Source: Octopus vulgaris
Lineage: Eukaryota
Direction of reading: 5' to 3'
NCBI GenBank assembly: GCA_951406725.2
Contig: OX597814.1
Location: forward strand, 86,366,001 to 86,430,000
DNA length: 64,000 bases
Every line of letters starts with the position of its first letter. The first letter of the stretch is position 1. A program made the position numbers and the translations under genes. Below, piece after piece: positions 51,518-64,000 of this stretch. The notes beneath the pieces were generated by a model. It saw only the letters and a list, made by a program, of their open reading frames with translations. It was not told the DNA's origin and made no database searches.

Positions 51518-53645
51518 CTATAAAATGGAAAAACATGTAATTGTTAGCAATTTGCTACATAAGCCTTATCATTTCTTTTCAAAAATGGATTGTATTCAAT
51601 AAATTTGACCCCAATATGTTACTAACGATTACCTTATGAATTGGTGATGGGGTTAAGTAGAATTTCACATTTTCTATGCAGAAACCCAGCCACCACAACA
51701 GAATTGAGATCCTAAAATCAAGGTTCTACATAAAAAGCATTGGTGTGGGTGCCAGTGTCACATAAAAAGCACACAGTACACTCTGTGGGTGGTTAGCATT
51801 AGGAAGGGCATCTAGCCATAAAAATCACACCAAAACAGACTTTGGGACTATAGTGGCTTCTGGCCTTGCCAGTTCCTGTCAAGTTATCCATGCCATGCCA
51901 GCATGGGATGATGATGTGTGCTGTGAATCACATAACATAAGGAAATCACTAAAAAATAGACATGACAAAGCCTATCTCTCTCTAAACTATACTTATGATG
52001 AGCTGAACAGTATTTCAAGTTAACAAAACATTCATCATTTAAAACTGTTCTTACAACTTGTGCAAAAGTAAGCTTTACTACCTACTTAAAGCTAAATTGG
52101 CATAGACATTAGCATGAAATATCGTAGAAAATCTCAATTCTGATGATGAAAGAATGTGAAACTTGGGTGGATAGTACCCTGCCTCATTGACTTAGTTGTC
52201 TGCAATTTATAGAGGCACAATACTTTTCTATCACCTGCACCAATCCTTCTATCTCATATGCAAATACTATTGGCTTGTTTTGACTAAGACACAGAAGTTC
52301 TATATTTTAAACTTTTTCCTCTTGAGACCTAACCCCTTATTCTGCAATGAAGAGAACTTTTATATAACAGTTCACCTAAGGCAAAATGATTCATGTTTAT
52401 AGCTTAGTCAGATCATGTACCAATATCAGATAAGGTAGTTCCAAATATAATTGCTTAAAATTTAACTATATTACATTGGACTTTAACTCTTTTTTTCTTT
52501 TCTTTTTTGCGTTTCAACAACTCTTTCCTTTGTTAACAAATACTGTATTTTCCAGCATACAAGTTCACATAGTATATCATGTCAACATGTAGTATAAGCA
52601 TTCAAACATTGTCACTATATTTCCAACTCCTGCTGCATTTCACATGGAATTTTTGGTCCTCCAAATTCGATCTGCTTTTATTTTCTTTCTTTTTTTTTTT
52701 TTTTTTTTTGCTGTAAATTTGGGTCTGAAAATTTTGACTTGTGTACCAGAAAATACAGTACATATTTTTCTGTGTACAGACACATGCATCTATTATAAAT
52801 GAATATAAAACAAAAAGGATATTCTGGGCTTTGGTATACTTAAATAAGCATCCTTCTGTCTTATATGGATTCATTTGTTTAACTGACACATCTCATCTTG
52901 TAGAACAGAAAATTTATTTTACAAATTTCCCATCTCTTTTTCCATTCTAGCAGTAGGTGGAATAATTTTCCAAATTCTGAACATTTGCATATTGCAGGTG
53001 CAAGCCTTTTTTGTAACTTGATGAATTTCCAATACATAACCAACTATTAATCATGAAACTGAAGTGTCACTTATTTAGGCAATATGAAATAAGTAATTTG
53101 TCTTGTGGCCTGGAAAATTGAGTGAAGATAGTGATGTTGCTGTTTAGCCCCAGGTCCACTCTGACTGAGCAGACCTATGATAAAAGTATTTAAGTAGTGA
53201 CTATCTATTTCATTTTTCAGGTAGTGTACCTCCAGGACATTATCAAATGTCTCCTCCTCCTTTTAAAACACTAGAGAATGACTTCAGGGAAAATTGGTTG
53301 CTATTTCTAGCAGACAGCAACTGCATAAAGGTTCCCTTATTAAAATGAAGATAGAAATGTAAAAGTTGTAAACATTTTACATAATCCATCAAATGGGATA
53401 GTCATAGGTAGTAGGCTCTAAATTCATTTTGAAAATTAGGTAAAATATGTCATTATTCTGACTGAAATACAGAAACCATTTAGATTTCATAATGCACAGA
53501 TTATCTTTATCATGAGAAAATATCCCAAAAATAAAACTTGCTCATAATAATCCAAGTATGCTTTCATTTGTAGAACCATCATCCAAGCCATGTTAACTTG
53601 GAACAACACTGAAATCAATAACTAATAATCAATAATTCTACTTAC

Positions 53646-53727
53646 TAGGTACTGCATCAGACATGTCAGGTTCATCTGTACTGGGTTCAGCTGCAGCAAA
53701 CTCAGGTTTTTCAGAATTTCGTTTGAT
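53646..53727 (-). CDS. MORC2: MORC2-like internal exon D (82 nt, phase 0/1): IKRNSEKPEFAAAEPSTDEPDMSDAVP
   Basis: Acceptor ttccag, donor A|gtaagt; phase bridges exons C and E. Confidence 0.8.
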
Positions 53728-54507
53728 CTGGAATATTAATAAATCAACAGAAACTCACACTACTACAATTATTAGTCAAAACCACTAATTTCATTTTGTT
53801 TACCTAGATATAATGAGCGAGTCTTCTCTTTCTAATCTTATAACCTATGAACTTAATTCCCTCACTTCCTACAATTTTAATTATCTTTTTCTTATGGTTT
53901 CTCAGAAGTTACATAGTTTTGCAGCTGGGGTTGTGAGATTCTTCCCCTTCACTGCTAAAAGCTTCTTGTAACAAGTTGTTGGTATCATTGCTTCCGTTAA
54001 TGATTGATTTCAATTCAGTTATTACTAAGTGAGTCACCTGTTTAACCAACATGTATCAGTTCTATATTTAACCCTACTCATACCAACCTGTCTGAAACCA
54101 CCCCTGGTTCTTTGATATAAACTTCCTGTCTTAGAGTGATCGAAATTGAAAACTTTCCAACAGAATTTCATGTCAATTTATGTTCAAAATACCAGCTTAA
54201 TAAAGACAAAGTTATTTCATTAAATTCTTCATTATTTTCAAAATTAATTTAAACAAAGACAGTGTATTTCAACAGAAATCATCACCATCATCATCATCAT
54301 TTAACGTCCGCTTTCCATGCTAGCATGGGTTGGACGATTTGACTGAGGACTGGCGAACCAGACTCCAATCTGATCTGGCAGAGTTTCTACAGCTGGATGC
54401 CCTTTCTAACGCCAACCACTCCGAGAGTGCAGTGGGCGCTTTATGTGCCAGCGGCACAAGGGCCAGTTTGGTAACTCTTCTATCTTAATTGTTTTGTTTA
54501 CCTAGCT

Positions 54508-54573
54508 TTTAAAAAAGCTTTTCTCTCATTACATGAATGGTTTAAAAAAGCTTTTCTCTCATTACATGAATGG
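54508..54573. repeat. Perfect 33-bp tandem duplication
   Basis: tttaaaaaagcttttctctcattacatgaatgg twice. Confidence 0.9.
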
Positions 54574-55285
54574 TTTGCAAGACACATGTGAGTCATTAAC
54601 AAAAGTGCTATTGGTAACAAATTCAAGGAAGTGGCTTTGATTCTTTGCTGAATTTCTTGTGGTCATCATTACTATCATGATGACCTGTTTAGATTCTTGA
54701 CAGAACATAGGCCTTTCACAGTAGGTCTTCCAGTATATTCAGTCCAGTGCTCTTTTTTTTCGTTTTTTAATGGGTTTCATGTCACCACTTATCTTCAATT
54801 CCTTTCTCTGCTGATCTCTGCCAAGTGATCATCAAGCATTCTGCCTCTCTTTTCCCCTTTTGAGTTCTAACCTAAGGCTTACCTTGCTAGACATCTCTCT
54901 GGTTTTCGTAACATATGATCAACTCTGTCTCTATTTACGTCCAAATAATAATTTCCTCTCAAATCAGTGATTAGCAATTTAATCTTCAACACAGATTACA
55001 GCATCCCAAAAATGAATTTAATCAACAGTTGATATCAATTCTAAAGCTGTAAGAATTGTTCTAATGTTCTAACTTCACAAAGAAGAAATGTACAAAACCC
55101 TTGAAAAATAAATCAGTAAGTGTTACTAACATGTAAACAATACTGGATATAGCAGCCGTGGGTTATCATTTCTCCTGAAGCATAAGAGTTCCCTGAGCAA
55201 GACTCTTCTATCAGTGTCAGTTTATGTAATTTACTATACAGAAATTGCACAGGTGCTGTGTTTGAGAAAGAGACAGACAGACAGG

Positions 55286-55329
<44 letters not shown>

Positions 55330-55579
55330 TGTGTGTGTGCGCACGCATGTGTGTGTGCGTGTGTGCGCGCGCGCTTATATTAGTGTAAGATGGAAAATGG
55401 TGTATTTCATTAACGATTCTTTGCAGTATTCACATCGCACTGAGTTATCTCCCTTCACACCAAACCTCACTTTTCATTTTTGCAACATACAATGGCAAAA
55501 TACTAGGGTCCAATCAGATAGAAGATAAACTGAAGAATAAACATACAAGATAAATTTACAGAAGTGTATTAATACTTAC

Positions 55580-56203
55580 ATAGTCTGATGAGATCGCTTG
55601 GCCATTTGTAGGGAAATCCATTTCCGATTCCATGGATAATACCATGTTACTGTCTGAAGGTGAACTGCTTGTATCAACTTCTTTTTTGAGTACAATATTG
55701 TCTTTGACCTCAGAGACTGGTTTCGTAGAGTCAGCACTAGAATTTACTTCTGACCATTGATTAGAGTCTTTTCCACTATCTAAATCTTGCTCATCATCAT
55801 CATCGCCCGTGCCCTCATCAACTTTGCTCTCCTCTTTCTCCTTCCCCTTCTCCTTTTTCACAGCTGACTTGACACTTCCTTCACTACTACTTTTACCATT
55901 CTCTTCCTCCCAGTCAGAGTCCATATCTACATTATTGCTGCTGTCTTCTTCATCATCATCAGCTTCTTCAGTGACCACTGTAATTATGGGTCGTTTCTCT
56001 TTTGCCTTAAAGCTGCTGCTGACTTGTTTCTTTTCCTCTACTACGTCTCTACGGTTTTCTTCTTCCAATTTGGCTTGTCGCCGAGATTTCTTGGTTGGCA
56101 CAACCACTTCTTCTTCATCGTCATTAAAGTCAGAGTCATCTTCATCATCATCATCTTCATCATTCCAAGCTGATCTGCGCTTGGACTTTGGTTTTTTCTT
56201 TGT
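55580..56203 (-). CDS. MORC2: MORC2-like internal exon C (624 nt, phase 0/0): basic then acidic, Ser-rich disordered linker (TKKKPKSKRRSAWNDEDDD...AISSDY)
   Basis: Acceptor tttatttcag, donor TAT|gtaagt; contains the coding part of ORF 55556..56107 in the same frame. Confidence 0.88.
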
Positions 56204-56599
56204 CTGAAATAAAATGGCAATAAAAATGTGTATGGTTATTGAGAAATACTACTGGAGAAGACAGATAAATAAAGACAGATGTAGGAAAATAGAGGAAAGT
56301 GAGGGAATAAAGAGCTCAAACAGATAGGCATGTAGGTTGATATATTAACCTAAATATACATACATATGGTGTGTAAATGAAATTATAACATCAATTTATC
56401 TGTATAAGTAAATATATAGTGACAGATGTTGAGGTGGTTGTGTAGTTAAGAATTTGCTTTCCAATCACAAGGTTTCAGGTTCAGTCCAACTGTGTTGAAA
56501 CTCAGACAAGTGTCTTCTACTATATCTCTAGCTGATCAAAGCCTTATGAGTGGATTTGATCGATAGCAACTGAAGAAGCTCATTGTGTGTGTGTGTAGA

Positions 56600-57581
56600 G
56601 GTAGTAAATAGCTTCCGTTATGTAGGTAACCAAGTTAGTAGTGAAGGTGGGTGCTCCTAGAGCGTAGCTGTGAGAATAAAATTAGAATGAGCAGAGTTCA
56701 GAGAGCTCCTACTCCTGCTGACAATAAAGGGCCTCTCTCTCAGAGTGAAAGGCAGATTGTTTGATGCCTGTGTGTCAACAGCTATGCTGCATGGCAGTGA
56801 AACATGGACTGTGACCGCCAAGGACATGCGTAGGCTTGAAAGAAATGAAGCTAGTATGCTTCGCTGGATGTGCAATGTCAGTATACATGTTTGACAGAGT
56901 GTAAGCATCTTGAGAGAAAAGTTAGGCTTAAGAGGAAATCAGGTGTGGTGTGTAAGAGTGATGACTGTGCTGGTATGATCATGTGATGCATATGGACATG
57001 GACAGCTGTGTGAAGAAGGGTTGATCTGTAACTGTGGAGTGACCAAGGAAGATATGGAACAAGGTGGTAAAGCATGATCTTTGAACTTTGAGCCTCACAG
57101 AGGCAATGACTAATGACCAAGACCTTTGGCGATGTGCTGTGCTTTAGAGAACCTGTCAAGCCAAGTGCACCTGTGCTGGTGACATGTAAAGAACACCTTT
57201 CAAGCATTGGGCCTCACGGAGGCAAAGTGGCTGAGTTCCTTTCAAGCGTTGGGCTTCATGGAGGCAATGACCAAGACCATTGGCATTATGTCTTGCTTGA
57301 GAAGAAGACCCATCAAGTTGGGCAAAATCGCAGTCGTGGAAGATACCAGTGCCATGCCAGTGGCACATAAAAGCACCCTGGTGTCATGAAAATGGCACCC
57401 ATGCCAGTGACATGTAAAAGCACCTATTACACTCTCGGAGTGGTTGGCATTAAGAATGGCATCTAGTTGTAGAAAACCATGCCAAATCAGACTGGAGTCT
57501 GGTGCAGCCTTCCAGTGTACCAGCCCAGTCAAACTGTCCAACCCATGCCAGCATGGACAACGGACATTAAATGATGATGAT
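56600..57581 (+). mobile_element. RTE-clade LINE, 5'-truncated 3' end with 3' UTR and (GAT)n tail
   Basis: Broken translation FRELLLLL..KGLSLRVKGRLFDACVSTAMLHGSETWTVTAKDMRRLERNEASMLRWMCNVS...LREKLGL, typical of the RTE C-terminus; UTR has gtgccatgtaaaagcacc repeats. Confidence 0.88.
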
Positions 57582-57686
57582 TCATTATAACCATTCAGCC
57601 ATATACAAAACAAATATTTTCAGAGTTAAATATTAAGGAGATATATACAGAGAGAAAGATATGGTTAGCTAGATCAGTAAACTTAC

Positions 57687-57878
57687 CTTTTTAGTCGGTA
57701 CTTTTGGTCGGCGATTATTTGCAGTGGAAGACTTCTTACTTTTGGCTTCTTCGATAGCAGCAGCTCGACGCTCAGCATAGACCTGTGCTGCAGTACGTGC
57801 CATTGATCGTTTGGGAGGTTGCAGAGCTTGTTCCCTTGCTCGGTAAGAACTAACAAACACTGTGGAACCATCTTGGAC
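57687..57878 (-). CDS. MORC2: MORC2-like internal exon B (192 nt, phase 0/0): VQDGSTVFVSSYRAREQALQPPKRSMARTAAQVYAERRAAAIEEAKSKKSS...VPTKK
   Basis: Acceptor ttctcttag, donor AAG|gtaagt, open frame, more GC-rich and codon-like than the flanks. Confidence 0.85.
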
Positions 57879-58484
57879 CTAAGAGAATATTTTTAAAAAT
57901 GTAACTACATCAACTTTTAGCAACCAGAGCAAAACGTCTGAGAGTATAAGCACTAATATGAAAAAAAAGAATGTCTTTTAAAATAGCCTGTCAGGTTTAC
58001 CTAATCCACTCAGGCTGTGATTAGATTTGGTAGAGGGAAAATGAAAGAAGCCCATCATATATATATAAATATATATATCATCAATGTATGTGTGTGTGCT
58101 TTTGTTTGTGTATGTGCATGTATCTACTTGTCTTGACATCGTCTGATAGTTGTAAACAGGTGCCACTGTCATACAAGCAGTGTTCTTTATCCTATCTTCC
58201 TTGAAAATATGTCTGTCCCCGGGGAAATATTTATGTTACAAGGAAATAAGTGGGGGATGATGACAAGAAGAGCATATGCCCCAATGAATTCCATCCAACC
58301 TATACAAGCATGGAAAAGTGGACAACAGTGACAGCAATAAATCAAATTACTTTTTTGGTAAGGGCTTTGAACTATCTCGGGTTTATATTTGATGTATTTA
58401 TTTATTGTTAATGATCTGTGAAGAAAGATATCTAAAAAAAAAAACATTTGAACTCTCACTTCTTCTGGATCACCATCATCATCA

Positions 58485-58880
58485 TTATTTAACATCCATT
58501 TTCCATGCTAGCATGAAATGGACAGTTTGACAGGAGCTGACCAGCTAGAGAGCTGTCCAGACTCCAACTGTTTGGTTTGGCATGATTTCCATGGCTTGAT
58601 GCCCTTCCTAAGGCCAACCACTTTACAATGTACTGGATGCTTTTTACATGCCACCAGCACAGATGAATTTACGGAGCACAAGTGCATTTTACATGACACC
58701 GGCACTTGCAAGGACATGCTTGGATGGCTGCGATTTTGCTTAGCTCAATGTGTCTTCTCAAGTACAGCAAATTGCTATAGCTTTCAGCCCTTTGTCCTTT
58801 CCTTAGTGAAGCCCAGCATCTGAAGATTCTCGCTCACCACTTCGTTCCATGTCTTCCTGGGCCTACCCCTCCCTACATTC
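58485..58880 (-). mobile_element. RTE 3' end fragment
   Basis: (cat)n tail, gatgcccttcctaa core, accacttcgttccatgtcttcctgggcctacc (reverse GRPRKTWNEV). Confidence 0.75.
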
Positions 58881-59726
58881 AAAATCAATGGTTCCCAAAG
58901 CTTGTGCTGCTACCTCCAGTAGACATTGGAACTGCTTAATAGGGCATTATACAAATATTCCAAACAGGCATTTGGTATATTGCTATACATGTGGAATTGC
59001 TTGAGTGTGACCCACTCTTCCAGTTAATACCATTTTGTAAATGGATGGTGACAATGTGTGTAAAGCAACAGGAGCAATGGAAAGAAAAAAACTAGAAATC
59101 ATCATCATCATCATTTAATGTCCATTGTCCATACTGGCGTGGGTTGGACGGTTTGACCAGGGCTGGCAAGCTGGAAGGCTGCACCAGATTCCAGTCTGAT
59201 TTGGCATGGAGTCTGGTGCAGCCTTCTCTTAAACTAAACCACTAAGCCCAGACTTTCACTTCTAGAGCTGTATCCCTCAGGAACTCCTTCCCCATTTAAA
59301 ATATTTGCCAACAACACTAAAATAACACTTCATGAAAATATTCTTCTAAGAGGATTGACATGAGTGGCTTCTGAAGATGGGAGGCAACTGAGATAATTGT
59401 AAAATCTTCAACAATACATTATGTTTATTTACCAAAGGACCAGTATTGTGCAACTGAAAAGCTCATTATCAGATAGTATTTAATCTATAGTAGGGAGAGC
59501 AATGATAAAGTTATGGTCATATAACATTAACTTTGGAGTAGGTTAAATAAAGTTTGAACCTTCAAAACTACTACTGACACACTTTGGGATATTATTTGTC
59601 TTAGACTACCTATAAGCAGACAAGTGCGGTTTCAACTGTATAGTGAAGGTCAGAATAAAAAAAATGCGCTTCCTTAGTCAAAAATATATTTAACCTTTTA
59701 TTTAATATTTAGATCATCCTGTCAAA

Positions 59727-61158
59727 TCATCATCATCATCATCATCATTTAATGTCCGTTTTCCGCGCTAGCACGGGTTGGACGGTTTCGACCGGGGTCT
59801 GGGGAGCTAGGGACTGCCCCAGGCTCCAGTCTAGTCTGGCAGTGTTTCTACAGCTGGATGCCCTTCCTAACGCCAACCACTCCGCGAGTGTAGTGGGTGT
59901 TTTTTACGTGCCACCTGCACAGGTGCCAGAGGGGTCTGGCATCGGCCACGTTCAGATGGTGCTTTTTATGTGGGGGGGGGTGCAGAAATATAGGGGAGCA
60001 CCAGTGGGGAGGGGTGGTTCAGAGAAATGATGACAGGTTCTAGGCAAGTAGAACGTAGGATATCAAGAGAGGGGTAATGCATGGTGAAATAGCGTATTGA
60101 AGAGGGGGTTCGAAAAGTAGACACCTATAATGGTGGTGGGAGAAGCGACATCCGGTATAGATGGAGCAAAAATATAGAGATATCCGGTATTGGTGGTGGG
60201 GGTGGGCAAGGGCGGGTGCACCGGGAATATGCGAAGGTTGAACTTGACGGGCTGGCTTAAAAATGCTCTTAGCAATGGAAGTGGGGAAAGGAAGAGGGGG
60301 GATGGCAGACAACGTAAAAGAGGGAGAGAGAGAAGGGAATAGTGGAACCCCGCGAAAATGGGCCGCCATTGAAAAAAAAAAAAAAAAACCCCTGTATGGA
60401 GAAATAATATGCAATACGAGGCGAAGCTGAAAATAGTAATAATAATAATAATAATAATAAGCAAACTGTCGACCGGGGATCAAAGGGACAATACTAATAC
60501 TAATAATAATAGTAATAATAATAAACAGCTCAACCACAACATTAGATTAGAAAGACTCTCTTATCTTGGGAACATTTCGTTCTTCGGCCTGACACGGGAA
60601 TATGCGAAGGTTGAACTTGACGGGCTGCCTTAAAAATGCTCTTAGCAATGGAAGGGGGAAAGGAAGAGGGGGATGGCAGACAACGTAAAAGAGGGAGAGA
60701 GAGAAGGGAATAGTGGAACCCCGCGAAAATGGGCCGCCATTGAAAAAAAAAAAAAAAAACCATGTATGGAGAAATAATATGCAATACGAGGCGAAGCTGA
60801 AAATAGTAATAATAATAATAAGCAAACTGTCGACCGGGGATCAAAGGGACAATACTAATACTAATAATAATAGTAATAATAATAAACAGCTCAACCACAA
60901 CATTAGATTAGAAAGACTCTCTTATCTTGGGAACATTTCGTTCTTCGGCCTGACACGGGAATATGCGAAGGTTGAACTTGACGGGCTGGCTTAAAAATGC
61001 TCTTAGCAATGGAAGGGGGAAAGGAAGAGGGGGATGGCAGACAACGTAAAAGAGGGAGAGAGAGAAGGGAATAGTGGAACCCCGCGAAAATGGGCCGCCA
61101 TTGAAAAAAAAAAAACCCTGTATGGAGAAATAATATGCAATACGAGGCGAAGCTGAAA

Positions 61159-61192
<34 letters not shown>

Positions 61193-61250
61193 GCAAACTG
61201 TCGACCGGGGATCAAAGGGACAATACTAATACTAATAATAATAGTAATAT
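59727..61250 (-). mobile_element. Composite non-autonomous retroposon, copy 2: ~2.8 monomers of 361-373 bp, linker, RTE-type tail with (GAT)n
   Basis: Anchor gaatatgcg at 60225, 60598 and 60959; linker ~59970-60222; (cat)n at 59727-59748; interrupts a TTAA MITE between ctgtcaaa and tgtaatgc. Confidence 0.85.
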
Positions 61251-61596
61251 GTAATGCTTATTTATTCACATTGCTTTGAATTAATTATACACCTGGCGTT
61301 AGGAAGGGCATCCAGCTGTAGAAACACTGCCAGATCTGACTGGCCTGGTGTAGCCTTCGGGCTTGCCAGACCCCAGTTGAACCGTCCAACCCATGCTAGC
61401 ATGGAAAGCAGACGTTAAACGATGATGATGATCATCATCATCATCATCTCATAGCTTTGACATTTCAATGATGTAACTGTTTATTTTTGGAATGACATTG
61501 TTAGGTATATAGGAGAAACCAGATCTGACCTGTTTGAACATATAACCAGTTTGTTAGTTTAAAAATTAAGTAAAAAACACACCGAATTTTACTCAC

Positions 61597-61812
61597 TTTA
61601 TCTGCCACGGTCTTTGATTTACTGCCACGAGCCGCTTCACTACTCTTTTTTTTCCGAATTTCTTCTTTTTTCTGCTCTTCTTCAGCCTTGCGTTTCTCTT
61701 CTAATTTTTTCAACCTCTCTCGCTCTTCCTTTTTCTTTTCTATTTCTTCTTCTCTTTGTCTCCTTTCCTCTTCCAATCTTAACTGATTTGATGATTCCAC
61801 TACTTTTGTGCT
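61597..61812 (-). CDS. MORC2: MORC2-like ATPase, internal exon A (216 nt, phase 0/0): STKVVESSNQLRLEEERRQREEEIEKKKEERERLKK...SKSKTVADK, charged coiled coil
   Basis: Acceptor ttgtag ends at 61813, donor gtgagt starts at 61596; open frame; joins in phase with the downstream exons. Gene identity rests on the chromo-like exons. Confidence 0.8.
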
Positions 61813-62269
61813 CTACAATACAAATCACAACTAATCACAAAATGAAAGTAACTAAGACCTGGTTTCATTTACTATTTGATACCAATGGTCCACAACAATT
61901 TTGCTTGTTGGAATGTAAAGGCAGGGTTGGGATACTTTGGGGCACTGAATCCAGATATGACATCAGTTTTTGCTTAACATGTTAGTTGCTAAGCACCACA
62001 GACCAGATACACAAAATTAACCATTTTAGTCATCTTAAGAAAACTATGAAAGTATTTGTCATTTTGTATTGTACTGATCAAAAAGTCGCTTGGTGTCCTT
62101 AAATAGTTTTGATCATCTTCTACACAAAACTACCATAATTTTCACAACAATAACGTCGCTTGTGTTAGTCTTTTAAAACTGAACTTGCTTCTTGTTATTG
62201 TGCCATGTTGTAAAGCAGCCCTTCATAATTATTATTGGTTAATGTTGTTAGCAATGTTAATGGTTATAT

Positions 62270-63100
62270 AATAATAACAAACTTATTGTATATATTGTTC
62301 AGGTGCACTACAGCTCATCAGAAAAGGGAGCCAAAAGTGCATGAACAGGACATAGAATAATGCACAGAAAGTGAACAGTGAATGAGTTGTTTAAAAAAAA
62401 AGTGGTGGGGACATCAGGTGTACTGTTGGTGAATTTTGGGAAGCATAGAAGTTTTGAAGGATATAGTGTCCTAACAGTTAACAACTGATGTGGGTAGTTT
62501 ATTTTATGCTTCAGTAATTGTGATCAGGAAAAAATGTTTCCAAAAGTGATGGGTGCCATGTTTTTTTTTTTATTTACAAAATCATGTACATGAGTGTTAG
62601 ACATATAAAATTCAAAAAGTTGCTCAAGGTTGTTGTTGTTGGAAATATGGTGGATAATCTTGTGGGTGTCTACCAAATCAGTTGCTAGATGTCAGATCTT
62701 TAATGTGTCCATGCCCAGAGAAGAAAGACATTCAGAGTATGGTAGATGCCTGATAGCAGGTATTCATCTGGTTGCACATTTCTGAAGTTTCTAGATTGAC
62801 ATGCTGAGCAAGATAGGGTTCCAGACTGGTGATGCAAACTCTACATGTGAATATACCATAGCTTTAAAAAGACAGCTGAAGAGTGGCTGACAAAGGTCTT
62901 ACTGAATGATACTAACACAGTCTTGGCCTTTTTGACAATTTTAGAGATGTAGTTTGTCCAACATAAAATCGTTGTTGGCAACGATGCCCAGGTAAATTCA
63001 CTTGTAGACTTCTTAAGATTGGTGCTGTAGAAGGAGTATGTAAAAGCTGGGTTTTTCCTCCCAAAATACAAAGTAGTTCTTTCATTTATCAACAACACTA
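62270..63100 (-). mobile_element. CR1/L2-group LINE 3' fragment, decayed
   Basis: Broken translation WTNYISKIVKKAKTVL...FLKLW...EFASPVWNP...PYSECLSSLGMDTL...DLVDTHKII; ends near a short ataataataacaa tract. Confidence 0.75.
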
Positions 63101-64000
63101 CAATATTAATTCTTCATTTCAAACAATTCTGCTCATTTAAAACTGTAGTATTGACAATACCCTTTTTTAAAATGACAGTCAAGTAAATTGTTTTACAAAG
63201 CCTATACACTATAACCATCTAGTTGCTGCTACATTACAGTGAAATGTTCAGAACAAGATTGTAAGGTAATAAGCTTAATAAGGACAGATACCTACAATAC
63301 CCTAAAGCATTGACATATATAAAGCAAGAAAATAATTTCCAGATTAACTCCCCCTCCCCCAAACCAAAGTATCTTATGTACATTCGTAAGATACAGAAAG
63401 TATCAGCTGATAATTATTAGATGAGAAAGGTTGTAAAGTAAATAAAGTAAATTCTTTTGAAGGCATTGTTACATTTTTTGGTACTAAGAATTTGGCATTT
63501 CAAGACCCTAACTTCCAAGAATGGAGGTGAGTAGAGGTTGCAAGAATGTATGGGAGAGTGAGAGATGGGGAATAGGTGAGAAGGTGAAATATAATGAACA
63601 CGTGCTGAGGGAGCAATAATGCACAAGGAGAGTAAGAAACATACGATGGAGAAGAAGGACAAATAATAAGGTATCTACAGGGCAAAGTAATGTTATATGT
63701 GGGTGGAAAAGACAGTATAAGGATAAGGGCCAACCATTGAAAAATATTTCAGCAAGTTAAGTTCCCCAGTCATCTCCAGATATTCTAGAACTATAAAATT
63801 TAACTGATACAATGTAAATTAATTAGCATAGAGTCACCATGTCAAAGCAGCAACTATCAATCATAATCAATCAGTGAAAACACTTCTATACTTCGTGTAT
63901 ATATTAATTAATAGATGAATAATTATGCGTCATTAGCAACCAATAATCTCATTCTGTAACAAGTTATTTAATCTAGCTCAATCCAAAAGTAGATTAATAC

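Noticed and set aside
55809-56207. Ser-rich plus-strand ORF, and 61614-61985
   Set aside because: Antisense shadows of minus-strand coding exons.

Overview
AT-rich, microsatellite-laden animal genomic DNA. The repeat repertoire (tRNA-derived SINEs, RTE LINE 3' ends with (GAT)n tails, long (TA)n/(CA)n tracts) looks like an octopus/coleoid cephalopod; this is an inference. The window holds eight internal minus-strand exons (61812 to 8147; 1433 nt; all GT-AG, phases consistent, no stops) of a MORC2-like chromatin ATPase gene: coiled coil, acidic linker, chromo/Tudor-like domain and the start of the C-terminal region. The gene begins and ends outside the window. Most listed ORFs are microsatellite or repeat artefacts. 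The introns carry at least three SINE families, RTE and CR1-like LINE fragments, a decayed DD37D (maT) Tc1/mariner, and hAT, mariner and TTAA MITEs. Three things stand out. (1) Two inverted copies, ~42 kb apart, of a composite non-coding retroposon built from a 5' tandem array of CpG-rich, YY1-motif monomers, a unique linker and an RTE-type 3' tail. (2) About seven type I hammerhead ribozyme motifs, from intact to degenerate, mostly in short Penelope-like or retrozyme-like inserts in (TA)n tracts. (3) An AT-rich tRNA-like cloverleaf with a T6 terminator inside a small insert flanked by short direct repeats. Repeat boundaries are approximate and were read by eye.
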